A stretch of DNA of 64,000 bases, from positions 1 through 64,000 of the forward strand of contig JAXMNT010000028.1 of assembly GCA_034670305.1 (NCBI GenBank). Reading direction: 5' to 3'. Of this stretch, positions 1 through 9,799 are shown piece after piece. The position numbers and the translations under genes are program-made. The DNA comes from Deltaproteobacteria bacterium (GTDB lineage: Bacteria > Myxococcota_A > Polyangia > Polyangiales > Houyiibacteriaceae). Each line of letters begins with the position of its first letter. The stretch's first letter is position 1. A model generated the notes under the pieces. It did no database searches, was not told the origin of the DNA, and saw nothing but the letters and a program-made list of their open reading frames with translations.

Positions 1-220
1 CTTCGGCTTCGGCTTCGGCTTCGGCTTCGGCTTCGGCTTCGGCTTCGGCTTCGGCTTCGGCTTCGGCTTCGGCTTCGGCTTCGGCTTCGGCTTCGGCTTC
101 GGCTTCGGCTTCGGCTTCGGCTTCGGCATCGGCTTCGGCTTCGGCTTCGGCATCGGCTTCGGATTCGGCTTCGGATTCGGATTCGGATTCGGCATCGGCG
201 TGCGATTCGGATTCGGATTG
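1..220. repeat. Hexamer tandem repeat tract (GGCTTC)n drifting to GGCATC/GGATTC; runs off the left edge
   Basis: Directly visible: about 20 perfect CTTCGG units followed by variants. Confidence 0.97.
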
Positions 221-231
221 GGGCGATCGGG

Positions 232-582
232 ATGGCAGAATCAGTGCGTCGAATCACGCAACCTTCCGTTGCGCGCGCCACCATTGTAATGATGATCGAA
301 CTCTCCCTGCAGCGAACGCACGTGACCAACGTCATCGAAGCGCTGAGCGCCGGTCTCGGGATCACCCTCGCGCGCACAAGCGAAACGCACTGGGAGGGTG
401 AATCGTCCGGTGGGACCTCGTACCTGGTCGAGGCCCATGAGAACACCGTCGTGGTCTCTTGGAAGCCAGACCCCACCCATCACCTTCATACCGACGAGCG
501 CCGGTCCACGGGTGACCTCCAGTCACTGCTCGTGCTCGTCCTGGGCCCCTGGAACCCTCGCATCTCTGGCCAGTGTGGTTAA
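232..582 (+). CDS. Hypothetical protein (116 aa)
   Basis: ATG-start ORF with non-repetitive, globular-looking sequence; no family recognised; start may be the internal Met. Confidence 0.45.
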   Translation: MAESVRRITQPSVARATIVMMIELSLQRTHVTNVIEALSAGLGITLARTSETHWEGESSGGTSYLVEAHENTVVVSWKPDPTHHLHTDERRSTGDLQSLLVLVLGPWNPRISGQCG

Positions 583-597
583 CTGCGCGCGGGAGAT

Positions 598-1086
598 GTG
601 GCGAAGAAACTGGCGAAGGTGTTCACCGAATCGTCCTGGGCCGCACCATCCGGTTCAATGCCCTTGATCGACTACAGCGAGTTCGCAGCCACGGGCGTCG
701 TCGCCGGGATTGGTCGCAAGGCCGACGCCGCGCTGGTCTCGAAGGTGTTGGGCGTACCCGAGCACACCTCCCGCGCATCTCGCGGCGTCACCATCCTCGG
801 CTACTGCAGCCTCGACCTACAAATCACGGTCGCGCATGGGTTCGTCCATCACATCGGAGTCTATTGGACGCACGGCTTCACGGGCGGCCTCGTGTGCTCG
901 CGAACCGACCGCCTACTGACCTCCCAAACAACCGAACCAGACATGGTCGCATGGCTTCGTGACGCCGGGATTTCGTACTCGGTGAAGGACGCGCGCATCG
1001 TGACCGAAGGAACCGTGAGCCCCTACTTCTCCGACCCAGAAGGAACGCTGGAGAGTCTACAGACCTGCGCACGCTACGACCCCTAG
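598..1086 (+). CDS. Hypothetical protein (162 aa)
   Basis: GGGAG just upstream of GTG; globular composition; no family recognised. Confidence 0.55.
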   Translation: MAKKLAKVFTESSWAAPSGSMPLIDYSEFAATGVVAGIGRKADAALVSKVLGVPEHTSRASRGVTILGYCSLDLQITVAHGFVHHIGVYWTHGFTGGLVCSRTDRLLTSQTTEPDMVAWLRDAGISYSVKDARIVTEGTVSPYFSDPEGTLESLQTCARYDP

Positions 1087-1100
1087 GCGAGAACGACTTG

Positions 1101-1162
1101 CGGCACCGGCACCGGCATCGGCTTCGGCATCGGCGTCGTCGGCTTCGGAATCGGCTTCGGCT
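1101..1162. repeat. Short TCGGCN hexamer tract
   Basis: cggcaccggcaccggcatcggcttcggcatcggc... visible. Confidence 0.8.
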
Positions 1163-1180
1163 CCCCTGCGGTCCTGCGAC

Positions 1181-1420
1181 GGAACTCCCCCCCACTCACC
1201 CACAACTCCCCCGAACTCTCCCCAAAACGGAGAGGCCCCTCCAAGTCACGCAACGCCCGCAGGCATGATCACGTGAACGCCAGCGGTCGCGTGGACACCC
1301 CAGAACCGCTGTTCTGTTTCTCGCTGGCGGGGCTCTCCTGCTTGGTGGCCGGTTCTCGTCGGCGCTTGGTTTGGTTTCGGGAGAGTTGGGGGGGGAGTGG
1401 TGGGGGAGTGTGGGGGAGGA
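1181..1420. repeat. Non-coding element bounded by ~45-bp imperfect inverted repeats (C-rich left arm, G-rich right arm)
   Basis: ctcccccccactcacccacaactcccccgaactctccccaaaac (about 1185-1228) matches the reverse complement of gtttcgggagagttgggggggagtggtgggggagtgtgggggag (about 1374-1417). Confidence 0.7.
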
Positions 1421-1430
1421 ACCGCAAAGT

Positions 1431-1734
1431 CGAATCAGTGGCAGATTCAGCGGCAGCATCAGCGGCAGCATCAGCGGCAGAATCAGCGGCAGAATCAGCG
1501 GCAGCTTCGGCATCGGCATCGGCATCGGCATCGGCATCGGCTTCGGCTTCGGCTTCGGCTTCGGCGTCGGCTTCGGCTTCGGCGTCGGCTTCGGCGTCGG
1601 CTTCGGATTCGGATTCGGCTTCGGCGTCGGCTTCGGCGTCGGCTTCGGCGTCGGCTTCGGATTCGCCGTCGGATTCGGCTTCGGCGTCGGATTCGGAACT
1701 CGGGCACGGGCACGGGCACGGGCACGGGCACGGG
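1431..1734. repeat. Composite repeat: (TCAGCGGCAGMA)n + (TCGGCN)n + (CGGGCA)5
   Basis: Three abutting tandem blocks visible in the sequence. Confidence 0.93.
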
Positions 1735-1766
1735 TCCACGCAACCCGTGTCGAGTTGCCCGTCTCG

Positions 1767-2786
1767 CTACGGCAGCTCGACTCGGAAGGGAGGCAATGTT
1801 CCGTTCGGTGCGTTCTCTCCGCCGCGCACCGCGATCCCAATCCCCACCGCCGCGCCCACGACCACCACGCCGACCAGCGTCCAGAACCACCACTTCCGGT
1901 AGAACGCATCCTCCGCCAGCCGCTCTCTGAGCTCGACCACCAGCGGCGCGAGCGGCTCACCCGCGCGCGCGACCACGCGGTCCTGCGCGTCGCGCGCTTG
2001 CACATAGAGATCGAGCGCGCCGGGGGTCGCCGCGACCTCGACCTCGCCCGCGAAGTCGAACCCGTCGCCGCTCAGCCGCACGCTCCGCCACACCGTCTCT
2101 TCGTCGCCGCGCAGGAAGAGATCGAGCCGCGCCATCGGTCGGCGCCCGCTCCCCCGCACCTGCACGCGTAGATCGAACGCGCGCCCCACCCGCGCCGCGC
2201 GGGGCAAGAGCGCGTGCAGCTCGACGCTTGGGTCGAGCGCGGCGTCGGGGACGAAGCTGCGGCGCTCGTTCTCGACGAAGCGTTCGATCTTCGGCGAGCC
2301 GCTCGGTTCCCGGACCCGGTGGTAGGGATCGATCTCGAACATGGACCGGAACGCCGCCGCCGCGTCGGCTTCGCGGTCGAGCACGACGAACGCCGCGCCC
2401 ATCGTCTCGTAGGCCTCGAGCCGGTGGGCATCGAGCACGCCAGGCACATCCAACGCGCGCTGCATGGCTTCGACACAGCCGGGAAAGTCGAGCTGCCGGT
2501 ACAGCTCGTGTCCGCGTTCCAGCAGGCGCCGCACCGAAGCCGCGGCGCTCGGCCGTTCAGACGGAAGCTGCTGGGCCCGGATCGTACGCGCGGGTGCGGG
2601 GGCCGCCTGCGCGTACGCGGGCGCCGCGCACAGCAACGCGCTCAGCAACGCGCTCAGCACGCACGCGCTCAAGCTCAGCACACACGCGCTCGGCACGCGC
2701 GCGCTCAACACACACGCGCACCGGGCCCACGCACGCCGCGCCTCACCCGGCGCACACAGGCCCGCGGCCGACTTCGGCGGCGTCAT
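1767..2786 (-). CDS. Secreted TPR-like protein with C-terminal membrane anchor
   Basis: Signal peptide (…APAYA|Q), helical TPR-like segment, C-terminal FYRKWWFW + TM helix + APNGTL; ATG overlaps the upstream stop (ATGA). Confidence 0.8.
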   Translation of the reverse strand: MTPPKSAAGLCAPGEARRAWARCACVLSARVPSACVLSLSACVLSALLSALLCAAPAYAQAAPAPARTIRAQQLPSERPSAAASVRRLLERGHELYRQLDFPGCVEAMQRALDVPGVLDAHRLEAYETMGAAFVVLDREADAAAAFRSMFEIDPYHRVREPSGSPKIERFVENERRSFVPDAALDPSVELHALLPRAARVGRAFDLRVQVRGSGRRPMARLDLFLRGDEETVWRSVRLSGDGFDFAGEVEVAATPGALDLYVQARDAQDRVVARAGEPLAPLVVELRERLAEDAFYRKWWFWTLVGVVVVGAAVGIGIAVRGGENAPNGTLPPFRVELP

Positions 2787-4048
2787 TCGGCCCACGTCGT
2801 CACCCCGCCCGCGGCGTCGAGCAGCAGCAGCTCGGACGCGCCATCGCCGTCCACGTCCGCGCGCGTCGCCGCCACGACTCCGTCGAGCACCGGACCCGCG
2901 CGCAGCGTGCCGAGCTCGGCTCCGAAGAAGAGCGCGCAGCTGCCGGCGCCGAAGACCGCCACGTCCGCGGCGCAGTCCCCGTCGAAGTCGCCCACGACGA
3001 GTTCGGTTCCAGCGGCGGCCACTGCGAACGCCGCTTCGAGCAGCCCGTCGCCGCGGTTGCGCGCCACGCGCAGCATGCCTCCGTCGAGCACGACCAGGTC
3101 GAGCGTGCCGTCTGCGTCGATGTCACCCGCGGCCGCTGCGTCCCCGAGCCAGCCACTCGGCGTCGCACCGTTGACCCGCGTCGGTCCGGAGGTGGCGCCG
3201 ACGAAGAACGCGATGCCCGCTTCGCCAATCGACACGACGTCGTCGAAGCCGTCGCCGGTGAAGTCGTCGACGACGAGCGCCGCGACGGGTGCGCCGTCGA
3301 GGCGCCGCAACGTGCCCGTGCCCCAGCGCAGACCGTCCGGACCACCGAGCGCCACCGCCCTCCCCTGGCCGGCGTCGCCGAACGCGACCGCGCTCGCGGT
3401 GCCGACCAAGGTCGAGCCGACGATGACTTCTCCCCCCACGCGGCGCACGAGCATCGCGTCGCAGGTGCCATCGTCCGGCAGGCCGGCGGCGCCGGACGAC
3501 AAGACCGCCCCCAGCGGCACACCCTCGGCGACCGATGCGCCGCTGGCGACCTCGCGCACTTGGTCCCCGACAGATGCGAACACCTCGTCTCGGCCGTCGC
3601 CGTTCAGGTCCGCGCCGAAGAGCCCGGTCGCGCCAGGCACGCTTCCCATCGCAGCCACCGTGCGCGGCCCCATCAGGGGGTGGCAGCGACGGACCTCGAG
3701 GCGGTGAAGCGGGCCGCCCGTTGCGAAGGGGGCGTCGACCGAGGCGCGGGCCACGGGACGTCCGCCCCGGAAGAGCCGCGCCGACACCCGCACTCGATCG
3801 GCCACCCGCGCGCCTTCGACGAAGGTGAGCGTGCCGCGGGCCTCGGCGGGGTCGAAGCGGGTGCCGAAGACGCGCGCGCCGTCGGAGATCTCGTGGGCCG
3901 AGAGGCACAGCGCGCCGCGTTCGGGCGCGACGTCGACTTCCACCCGCACCGCCCGCTCGTCGGCGCAGCCAAACGCCGCCGACGCGAGCGCCCACACCAG
4001 CGCGGCGCGTGTCGATCGGCGAGTCGTGCGGAAGAACCCCGTGGGCAT
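2783..4048 (-). CDS. FG-GAP/VCBS repeat lipoprotein
   Basis: Lipobox SAAFGC; repeated DxxGDGxxD motifs (DLNGDGRDE, DFTGDGFDD, DIDADGTLD, DFDGDCAAD, DVDGDGASE). Confidence 0.85.
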   Translation of the reverse strand: MPTGFFRTTRRSTRAALVWALASAAFGCADERAVRVEVDVAPERGALCLSAHEISDGARVFGTRFDPAEARGTLTFVEGARVADRVRVSARLFRGGRPVARASVDAPFATGGPLHRLEVRRCHPLMGPRTVAAMGSVPGATGLFGADLNGDGRDEVFASVGDQVREVASGASVAEGVPLGAVLSSGAAGLPDDGTCDAMLVRRVGGEVIVGSTLVGTASAVAFGDAGQGRAVALGGPDGLRWGTGTLRRLDGAPVAALVVDDFTGDGFDDVVSIGEAGIAFFVGATSGPTRVNGATPSGWLGDAAAAGDIDADGTLDLVVLDGGMLRVARNRGDGLLEAAFAVAAAGTELVVGDFDGDCAADVAVFGAGSCALFFGAELGTLRAGPVLDGVVAATRADVDGDGASELLLLDAAGGVTTWAE

Positions 4049-4070
4049 TGGGGGGACGGTACAGTGTGGC

Positions 4071-6044
4071 GTGCCCGACGGCATCCCGCTTGGTCCCTAC
4101 GTGCTGCTGCGCCGTCTGGCGCGGGGCGGGATGGCGGAGATCTTCCTGGCTCGGAAAGACGGCCCGCAGGGCTTCACACGCGACCTCGTCGTCAAGCGGG
4201 TGCTCCCGCATCTGAGCGAAGCGGACGAGTTCCAGCAGATGTTCCGGGAAGAAGCGCGCATCGTCGCGCGACTCACCCATCCGAACGTGGTGCAGGTGTA
4301 CGACTTCGGCGAGGTGGGCGGCACGGCGTACCTGGTGATGGAGCTCGTGCGGGGCGTGGATCTGCGGGCGCTCATCGATCGCGCGATGGCGGTGGCCCAC
4401 GTGCACGGCGCGCCCGGCGCGCTGCCGGCCCACCACGCGGTGAAGATCCTCTCGTTCGTCTGCGAAGGGCTCGCGCAGGCCCACGATCTCGCCGACGAAG
4501 AAGGTCGGGCGCTCGGGCTCGTACACCGCGACGTCACCCCATCCAACGTGCTGATCTCCTTCGACGGCGCGGTGAAGGTCGCCGACTTCGGCATCGCGAA
4601 GCTGCACCGCCGCCGCGACGAGACCCAGGTGGGCAAGGTCCGGGGCAAGTTCGCGTACCTCTCGCCAGAGCAGGCGCGGGGCGAGCCGCTCGATCGCCGG
4701 AGCGATCTGTTCAACGTGGGGAGCCTGCTCTTCGAGTCGCTCACCGGGGACACCCTCTTTCCACACGAAGACCAAGCGCTCGCCCGGGCGTGCGCGGCGG
4801 CCGGCAAGATCCCGGACGCCGATCGCCTCAAGCGGGTGCCACCGGGGCTCTGGCGGGTGCTCGAGAAGGTGCTCGCCGCCGACCGCACGAAACGCCACCC
4901 AGACGCGCTCGCGCTCCGACTGGAGCTCGAAGCGTTTCTGCGGAGCGGCTCCGAACCCTCGGACCAAGTCGAACTCGGCCGCTACGTGCGGGGGCTCTTC
5001 CCCGACGTGCTCGCCCAAGACCGCGCCGCACCGCGCGCGGCCGGCACCGTGCCGCTCACCGCGCACGGCACGCCGATCGCCGAGCAGACCGTGGAACTGC
5101 CCGCGCCGCTCTTCGGAGCACAGGCCGACGGCGACGACCCGTGGACCGAAGCGACCGGTCGACTCTCCGCGCCTTCGGTCCCCGAGTCGAAGCCGGTCCG
5201 GACTTCTCCGTCGCGCTGGCCACTCGCCCTCGGCGCGGTCGTGCTGCTCCTGGCTTCGATGGGCTTCGGGCTGTACTGGTTCGACTCCGGCGGTCCGCCG
5301 GCCGCACCCGCACCAACGCTGCAGCAACCCACGGCAGGAGGGATCCGCGCACCCACTGTGGTCCCGAGCACCGGGCGGCTGCGCATCGCGACCGAGCCCG
5401 CCGGCCTGACGGTTTGGCTCGATGGCGAGGCGCGCGGCCAAGCGCCGCTCCTCCTGGAAGCGGAGGCGGGGCTGCACCAACTCGAAGCGCGTCGCGACGG
5501 CCGCGTCGTGGCCGAGACCAGCCTCACCTTGGCCGCTGGCCAAGACGTCGCCGTCGAACTCTCGGTGCCGACGCCGGCCGTCCTCACGATCGCCAGCATC
5601 CCGGCCGGCGCACGGGTGCGGATCGCATCAGAGCTCGTCGGACACACCCCGCTCGAACTCGAAGTCGAACCCGGAACCCACCAGGTCGAGATCTCCGAAG
5701 TCGGGTTCGAACCGCACCAAGAAGCGGTGTCGGTGACCCAAGGCGGCCGCTCCACCCTCTCGGTCGCCCTGCGTCCCGAGCGCGCCGCGTCCAACGACAT
5801 GGCGGCGATGTCGTCCATGATGGTCATGCGCCGGCCCGGCCCGCCCGGCACGCTCGCGATGGCGACGACGCCGTGGTGCGAGGTATGGCTGCGTGGCCGC
5901 AAGCTCGGCACGACCCCGTTCACGAACGTGTCCCTTCCCGCGGGCCGACATCAACTCGAACTGCGCCGCCCCGGCGCCGCCCCCGTGCGCCGCACGGTGG
6001 TGATCCGATCGGGCGAACAAACCCGCGCCCGCTTCAGCCTCTGA
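4071..6044 (+). CDS. Hanks-type Ser/Thr protein kinase with TM helix and PEGA domains
   Basis: [47 protein letters not shown]-like TEPAG/SIPAG/GTTP; start reassigned to GTG 4071. Confidence 0.93.
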   Translation: MPDGIPLGPYVLLRRLARGGMAEIFLARKDGPQGFTRDLVVKRVLPHLSEADEFQQMFREEARIVARLTHPNVVQVYDFGEVGGTAYLVMELVRGVDLRALIDRAMAVAHVHGAPGALPAHHAVKILSFVCEGLAQAHDLADEEGRALGLVHRDVTPSNVLISFDGAVKVADFGIAKLHRRRDETQVGKVRGKFAYLSPEQARGEPLDRRSDLFNVGSLLFESLTGDTLFPHEDQALARACAAAGKIPDADRLKRVPPGLWRVLEKVLAADRTKRHPDALALRLELEAFLRSGSEPSDQVELGRYVRGLFPDVLAQDRAAPRAAGTVPLTAHGTPIAEQTVELPAPLFGAQADGDDPWTEATGRLSAPSVPESKPVRTSPSRWPLALGAVVLLLASMGFGLYWFDSGGPPAAPAPTLQQPTAGGIRAPTVVPSTGRLRIATEPAGLTVWLDGEARGQAPLLLEAEAGLHQLEARRDGRVVAETSLTLAAGQDVAVELSVPTPAVLTIASIPAGARVRIASELVGHTPLELEVEPGTHQVEISEVGFEPHQEAVSVTQGGRSTLSVALRPERAASNDMAAMSSMMVMRRPGPPGTLAMATTPWCEVWLRGRKLGTTPFTNVSLPAGRHQLELRRPGAAPVRRTVVIRSGEQTRARFSL

Positions 6045-6075
6045 GCTGAAGCCCCATGCGGTTGGTGTAACTGCC

Positions 6076-6488
6076 GGTGCGGCTGTCTCTGCCGCTGTCT
6101 GCTGCTGACTCTGCTGCTGTCTCTGCGGCTGACTCTGCCGCTGTCTCTGCTGCTGACTCTGCTGCTGACTCTGCTGCTGACTCTGCTGCTGTCGCTGCTG
6201 CTGACTCTGCTGCTGTCGCTGCTGCTGACTCTGCTGCTGACTCTGCTGCTGACTCTGCTGCTGACTCTGCTGCTGTCGCTGCTGAGGCCGAAGCCGAAGC
6301 CGAACCCGAAGCCGAAGCCGAAGCCGAAGCCGAAGCTGAAGCCGAAGCCGAAGCCGAAGCCGACGCCGAACCCGACGCCGAACCCGAAGCCGAGGCCGAA
6401 GCCGAGGCCGAACCCGAGGCCGAGGCCGAACCCGAGGCCGAACCCGAGGCCGAACCCGAGGCCGAACCCGAGGCCGAACCCGAGGCCC
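6076..6488. repeat. Composite repeat: (GCTGCTGACTCT)n + (GCCGAA/CCCGAG)n
   Basis: Two tandem blocks between the convergent kinase and four-helix-bundle genes. Confidence 0.93.
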
Positions 6489-6514
6489 GCGACTCGCGCG
6501 GGCCTCGCGCCGCT

Positions 6515-6826
6515 CTAGCGACTCAACCGATACAACATCGCGCAAACCTCATCGCAGCGCTGCATCACCTCCTCGCCAACCTCGGCGTACCCAAACAGCC
6601 GCACCAATCGAAGCGCCGCTTTCAGTTCGCTCGCCTCACCGTAGGCAATGGAGAACCGGTCCACGCTCCGCTTCCCGCGAGCGTTCTTCGCTTCCGCGCA
6701 GTTCAGCACGACCGACTGAGCCGCCCGCCGCATCTGCTCACCCAGCGAACGGTCCTTGCGAGAAACAGCCGCCAGCACCCCGCGCAACTCACCAACGAGA
6801 ACGAAACTAGATTCGAGAACAATCAT
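6515..6826 (-). CDS. Four helix bundle protein (23S rRNA IVS protein / Avd-like superfamily)
   Basis: Motif L[17 protein letters not shown]…[22 protein letters not shown] upstream of ATG 6826; 103 aa. Confidence 0.88.
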   Translation of the reverse strand: MIVLESSFVLVGELRGVLAAVSRKDRSLGEQMRRAAQSVVLNCAEAKNARGKRSVDRFSIAYGEASELKAALRLVRLFGYAEVGEEVMQRCDEVCAMLYRLSR

Positions 6827-7166
6827 CAGAGCCTCCTCGCGCCGAAGAAAGTGAGCAACGTTGCTCGGCGGCGCACCCCGTGCGCCCCCGGTGGAGAGCG
6901 CAGGGCGGGTCCAGGGCGAAGCCAGCCTTCCGAAGGCTGGGGCCGCAGGCACCCTTGACGCGACCGAGCACTCCTTTGCCGAGGGGATGGGACATCCCCT
7001 CCGACCTCCGGGCAAAGCCCCTCCGGTCTCCTCCCAATCTGGGCCACCATCGAAATCCCGCCGAGCCAGCAAGCCCACCCAAGCATCTCCAAGTCCGAAG
7101 GACGAAGGAGCCGACTTCCGAAGGAGAGGCTACAAACCGTGCGACTCCGAAGGAGAGCATGGCTGG

Positions 7167-7334
7167 GAGCTGCCGCTGTTGCTGTCGCTGCCGCTGTTGC
7201 TGCCGCTGTTGCTGACTCTGCCGCTGCCGCTGTCTCTGCCGCTGACTCTGCCGCTGTCTCTGCCGCTGTCTCTGCCGAACCCGACGCCGAAGCCGAACCC
7301 GACGCCGAAGCCGAGGCCGAAGCCGAAGCCGATC
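7167..7334. repeat. Composite repeat: (GCCGCTGTCTCT)-like + (GCCGAN)n
   Basis: Same two-block layout and orientation as 6076-6488. Confidence 0.9.
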
Positions 7335-8318
7335 TCAGCCGTCGACCGCCGCCGCCACCACCACCGGCTGCGGTTGTTCGCGCAGCCGCACCACCACCCG
7401 GTCGGGGCGGCGCACGTTGTCCAGGAACACGTACACAGGGCGGCTGTCCTGGGCGTCGAGTCGATCGAGCACCCGGCGGAGCTTTCGGAGTTTCTCGAGA
7501 TGCGGTCCGCGACCAAGGCGCACCTGCATCGCGTCTTCGCCGACGAAGAGCGTCGTCTCGTCGGTGTCTGAGAGCACGATCTCACTGATCGGCTCGCGCC
7601 GCCAAAGCCCCGCCGCCCGGTAGTCGTGCAAGAGCGCGACGACCTCGAGCAGGAGCGATCCCCGGTACGCGCGGTCGGCCACGAAGCGGTCGTGGTCGAC
7701 GCCGGTCAGCAGCGGAAGGTCGATCGGGTCGCCCTCTTCCACGCGCTTGAACACGGTCGCGTCCTCGCCGATGAGGTACGGCCCTTCGGGCGCAGTGGCG
7801 ACGCCCTCTCTCGCGCGCTCGTCGGGCGCGCTCGGCGACAAGACCAAGAGGGCGACGGCGTGGCGTTCTTCGATCTCGAGTGTGAATGCGCCGGGCAGCC
7901 GGCGCTCGACCCGCGCCCGCGCGACCCAAGGGTGCCGTTCCAGCGCTGCCCGCACCTGCTCGGGGCCGTGTTCGAAGACGTTGCGGCCGACTTCGAGGCC
8001 TGCCGCCACCCGCACTTCTTCTTCTCCGAGCCGGTCGGCGCCGCGCACGGTGATCTGCTCGATCGCGAACGACGGCGAGGTGTGCAGGTGGTCCCGCGCC
8101 AGGCGGCCCACCGCCACCGCACCGAGCAACCCGCACGCCACCGCCCCAAGCTTCAGGCCGCGGACCACGATCTTCTTGGCGCGCGCGAACGAGGCGGCGC
8201 GACCGGGCGGCGGCATCGACGCCAGCGGGGTGGCGGCGCGGCCGAACTCCTCGAGGTCTTCCTCGGGTTCGACGTCGTCGTCCAGTGGCTCCAGGCGCCT
8301 GTTTCGTTTGGTCGTCAA
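7335..8318 (-). CDS. ftsQ: Cell division protein FtsQ/DivIB
   Basis: TM helix then POTRA signature [10 protein letters not shown]…[18 protein letters not shown]…IEER; TTG start overlaps the murC stop. Confidence 0.88.
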   Translation of the reverse strand: MTTKRNRRLEPLDDDVEPEEDLEEFGRAATPLASMPPPGRAASFARAKKIVVRGLKLGAVACGLLGAVAVGRLARDHLHTSPSFAIEQITVRGADRLGEEEVRVAAGLEVGRNVFEHGPEQVRAALERHPWVARARVERRLPGAFTLEIEERHAVALLVLSPSAPDERAREGVATAPEGPYLIGEDATVFKRVEEGDPIDLPLLTGVDHDRFVADRAYRGSLLLEVVALLHDYRAAGLWRREPISEIVLSDTDETTLFVGEDAMQVRLGRGPHLEKLRKLRRVLDRLDAQDSRPVYVFLDNVRRPDRVVVRLREQPQPVVVAAAVDG

Positions 8319-9703
8319 GGGGAAGGCAACAGCGCCAGCAACTCTCGGCCGGTCTTCGTGATGTCGCCCGCACCGAGCGTGATCACGATGTCTCCGGGCT
8401 CGAGTCGGGCCCGGATGGTCTCTGCGAGGTTGGTGCGCTCTGGTACGTGGGTCACGTCGCGGTGTCCGTGCGCTCGAATGGCGCGCGTGAGGTGCTCGGA
8501 ATCGGCACCCTCTATCTTCTTTTCGCCCGCCGCGTACACATCGGTCAAAAAGACGACATCCGCGCGGTTGAACGCCCGTGTCAATTCCTCGAAGAGATGG
8601 TGGGTCCGCGAGTACCGATGCGGCTGGAACGCGACCAGGATCCGCCGCCCATACGCCCGTTGCGCGGCCTCCAGGGTCGCCACCACTTCGGTCGGGTGGT
8701 GGCCGTAGTCGTCGACGACCGTGATCACCCCATCCCCCACCGGCGCTTCGCCCACGACCGTGAACCGCCGCTGGACCCCGCCGAACGTGCGCAGCGCGTC
8801 GCGCACTTTGTCGTGCGGCACTTGGAGTTCGTCCGCGACCGCGATCGTCGCGAGCGCGTTCATCACGTTGTGCACGCCCGGCATGCGCACTTCGAACCGG
8901 CCGAGCGCCTCGCCCCGCCGCTCGACTTCGAACGAGACGCTGAGGCCCGTCATCTCGAGGTCGCGGGCGCGGTAGTCCGCCTGCGCCGCCAATCCGTAGG
9001 TCGCCACCCGCTTGTCGATCCGCGGGAGCACCGACTGGAGGTTGGCGTTGTCGAGACATCCGACGACGAGTCCGTAGAACGGCACCCGGTTGGCGAACTC
9101 GACGAATGCGTTCTTCACCGACTCCAGATCGCCGTAGTGATCGAGGTGTTCTGGATCGATGTTGGTGATGACGGCGATGGCCGGCGTCAGATGCAGGAAC
9201 GATCCGTCGGACTCGTCCGCCTCCGCCACGAGCAGGTCGCCCGCACCGTGGGCGGCGCCGCTGCCGAGCGCGTTGAGCTTGCCCCCGATCACGACCGTCG
9301 GGTCGAGTCCTGCATCGCGCAGCACGGTGGCCACGAGCGAGGTCGTCGTGGTCTTGCCATGCGAGCCCGCGATCGCGATGCCGTCTTTGAGGCGCATCAA
9401 CTCGCCGAGCATCTCCGCCCGCGGAATCACCGGAATGCCCTGCACGCGGGCTTCGACGAGCTCTGGGTTCGTGCGCGGCACGGCGCTCGAGAACACCACC
9501 ACGTCGGCGTCTTTCACGTTGGCGGCGGTGTGGCCCCGATGAAGCGTCGCGCCCTTCGACACGAGCCGCGCGGTGTACTCGTTCTCGCGAAGGTCCGACC
9601 CGGTCACGGCGAAGCCGTGGTCGAGCAGAACTTCGGCGATGCCACTCATGCCCACGCCGCCGATCCCGACGAAGTGGATCGATCGAATGCGTCCTCGAAA
9701 CAC
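8315..9703 (-). CDS. murC: UDP-N-acetylmuramate--L-alanine ligase
   Basis: [46 protein letters not shown]. Confidence 0.98.
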   Translation of the reverse strand: MFRGRIRSIHFVGIGGVGMSGIAEVLLDHGFAVTGSDLRENEYTARLVSKGATLHRGHTAANVKDADVVVFSSAVPRTNPELVEARVQGIPVIPRAEMLGELMRLKDGIAIAGSHGKTTTTSLVATVLRDAGLDPTVVIGGKLNALGSGAAHGAGDLLVAEADESDGSFLHLTPAIAVITNIDPEHLDHYGDLESVKNAFVEFANRVPFYGLVVGCLDNANLQSVLPRIDKRVATYGLAAQADYRARDLEMTGLSVSFEVERRGEALGRFEVRMPGVHNVMNALATIAVADELQVPHDKVRDALRTFGGVQRRFTVVGEAPVGDGVITVVDDYGHHPTEVVATLEAAQRAYGRRILVAFQPHRYSRTHHLFEELTRAFNRADVVFLTDVYAAGEKKIEGADSEHLTRAIRAHGHRDVTHVPERTNLAETIRARLEPGDIVITLGAGDITKTGRELLALLPSP

Positions 9704-9799
9704 GGAACCTCCTCAGTGCCGAAGCGTCTGCTCGGCCAATCCTTGCGGCATCGTGTCCGCAGTTCGCGTCGCCGCAACGGGCCACGCATCGAGCCGCGG

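Noticed and set aside
1-220. Repeat tracts (here and elsewhere) as CRISPR arrays
   Set aside because: Contiguous 6/12/15-bp units with no unique spacers; no cas genes recognised
1196-2005. ORFs made of PKPKP/ASASA/GFGFG/RLRLR runs (also 6077-6958, 18019-18771, 24949-25596)
   Set aside because: Translations of stop-free intergenic hexamer tracts; no independent coding evidence
2630-2725. Short CAGCAACGCGCT-like repeats
   Set aside because: They encode the repetitive hydrophobic signal region (ACVLS/ALLS) of the TPR-like gene; no separate element evident
2228-6049. Very long Arg/Ala/Pro-rich alternative-frame or antisense ORFs (also 14231-17206, 21952-25065, 39889-43521, 50941-54378 minus, and the upstream part of 31737-35831)
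   Set aside because: Shadow ORFs expected at high GC; they overlap well-supported genes and have no motifs
6515-6826. Diversity-generating retroelement suggested by the Avd-like gene
   Set aside because: No reverse transcriptase and no TR/VR pair with adenine-specific mismatches seen in the window
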